Shown here in pieces: positions 63,350-64,000 of a DNA stretch of 64,000 nt. The notes under the pieces are model-generated. The model did no database searches, was not told the DNA's origin, and was given only the letters and a program-made list of their open reading frames with translations. This DNA is from Mobula hypostoma (taxonomy: Eukaryota): positions 45,508,001-45,572,000 of the forward strand of contig NC_086117.1 in assembly GCF_963921235.1 (NCBI RefSeq), read 5' to 3'. Position numbers and translations under genes: made by a program. Numbering within the stretch: the stretch's first letter is position 1; the number at the start of each line of letters is the position of its first letter.

Positions 63350-64000
63350 ATCAAAGTACATGCAGTATTTGTCACCATATACTCCGAGATTCATTTTCTT
63401 GCAGGTATTCAAAGTAGAACAAATAAATACAATAGAATCAATGAAAACCATACACAAATACAGACAAACAACCAATGTGCAAAAGACAACAAACTGTGTA
63501 AATATAGAAAAATAATACATAAACAGATAACACAGACAACATAGAGTTTTTGAAAGCGAGTCTACGGGTTGTGGAGTCAGTTCAGTGTTTAGGTGAATGT
63601 AATCATCCACAGTGGTTCAGGAGTCTGATTCTGCAAGAGTAATAACTGTTCCTGAACCTGGTGGCGTGGGATCTAAGGCTTCTGTGCCTCCTTCTCAATG
63701 GTAGCAGCAAGATGGGAGCATGGCCTGGATGGTGGAGGTCCTTGATGATGGATGCTGCTTGACTGGGGCAGCGCCCCTTGTAGATATGCTCAATAGTGGC
63801 AAGGGCTTTTTCTGCAATGGACTGGGCTGTATCCACCAGTTTTTGTAGACATTTCCGGTCCCGGGCATTGGTGTTCCCATGCCAGGCTGTGATACAACCA
63901 GTCAGGGCACCCTCCACAATGCATCAACAGAAGCTTGTTAATGTTTTAGGTGACATGCCAAATCTGTACAGACGTCTAAGAAAGTAGAGATGCGGTTGAT
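63350..64000 (-). mobile_element. Rex1/Babar LINE 3' fragment
   Basis: LTGCITAWHGN...LQKLVDTAQSI...HHPGHA...RFRNSYY. Confidence 0.88.

Overview
This is repeat-dense vertebrate genomic DNA. The CR1/HER1-type LINEs, V-SINEs, Rex1/Babar LINEs and Penelope ends point to a cartilaginous fish, probably a ray (inference). Two host genes lie on the minus strand, in the same order as the human CCDC183-RABL6 locus. The first is the last four coding exons of a CCDC183 (CCDC151/ODAD3-family) gene (59699 to 32699, followed by AATAAA). The second is the CpG-island promoter and first three coding exons of RABL6 (23683 to 5949), which continues off the left end of the window. All seven exons have canonical splice sites and consistent phases. 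Most of the rest is transposable-element sequence. The most notable items are: an internally deleted Academ-type DNA transposon with both TIRs; a Chapaev3 remnant; a fold-back mariner element built from duplicated transposon ends; three copies of a ~600-bp non-coding retroposon, two of them with a YY1-type head; a set of RTE-dependent short elements that share modules, one with a structured, twister-like 5' end; minimal hammerhead motifs in Penelope ends; a head-to-head Penelope inverted repeat; a Rex1 LINE with twin-priming-like 5' inversion; and a young solo LTR upstream of RABL6. I found no CRISPR array, rRNA, true tRNA gene or new multi-gene system. Nearly all ORFs in the supplied track are TE fragments or spurious. 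Family assignments come from recalled motifs, not database searches, and repeat boundaries are approximate unless termini are quoted.
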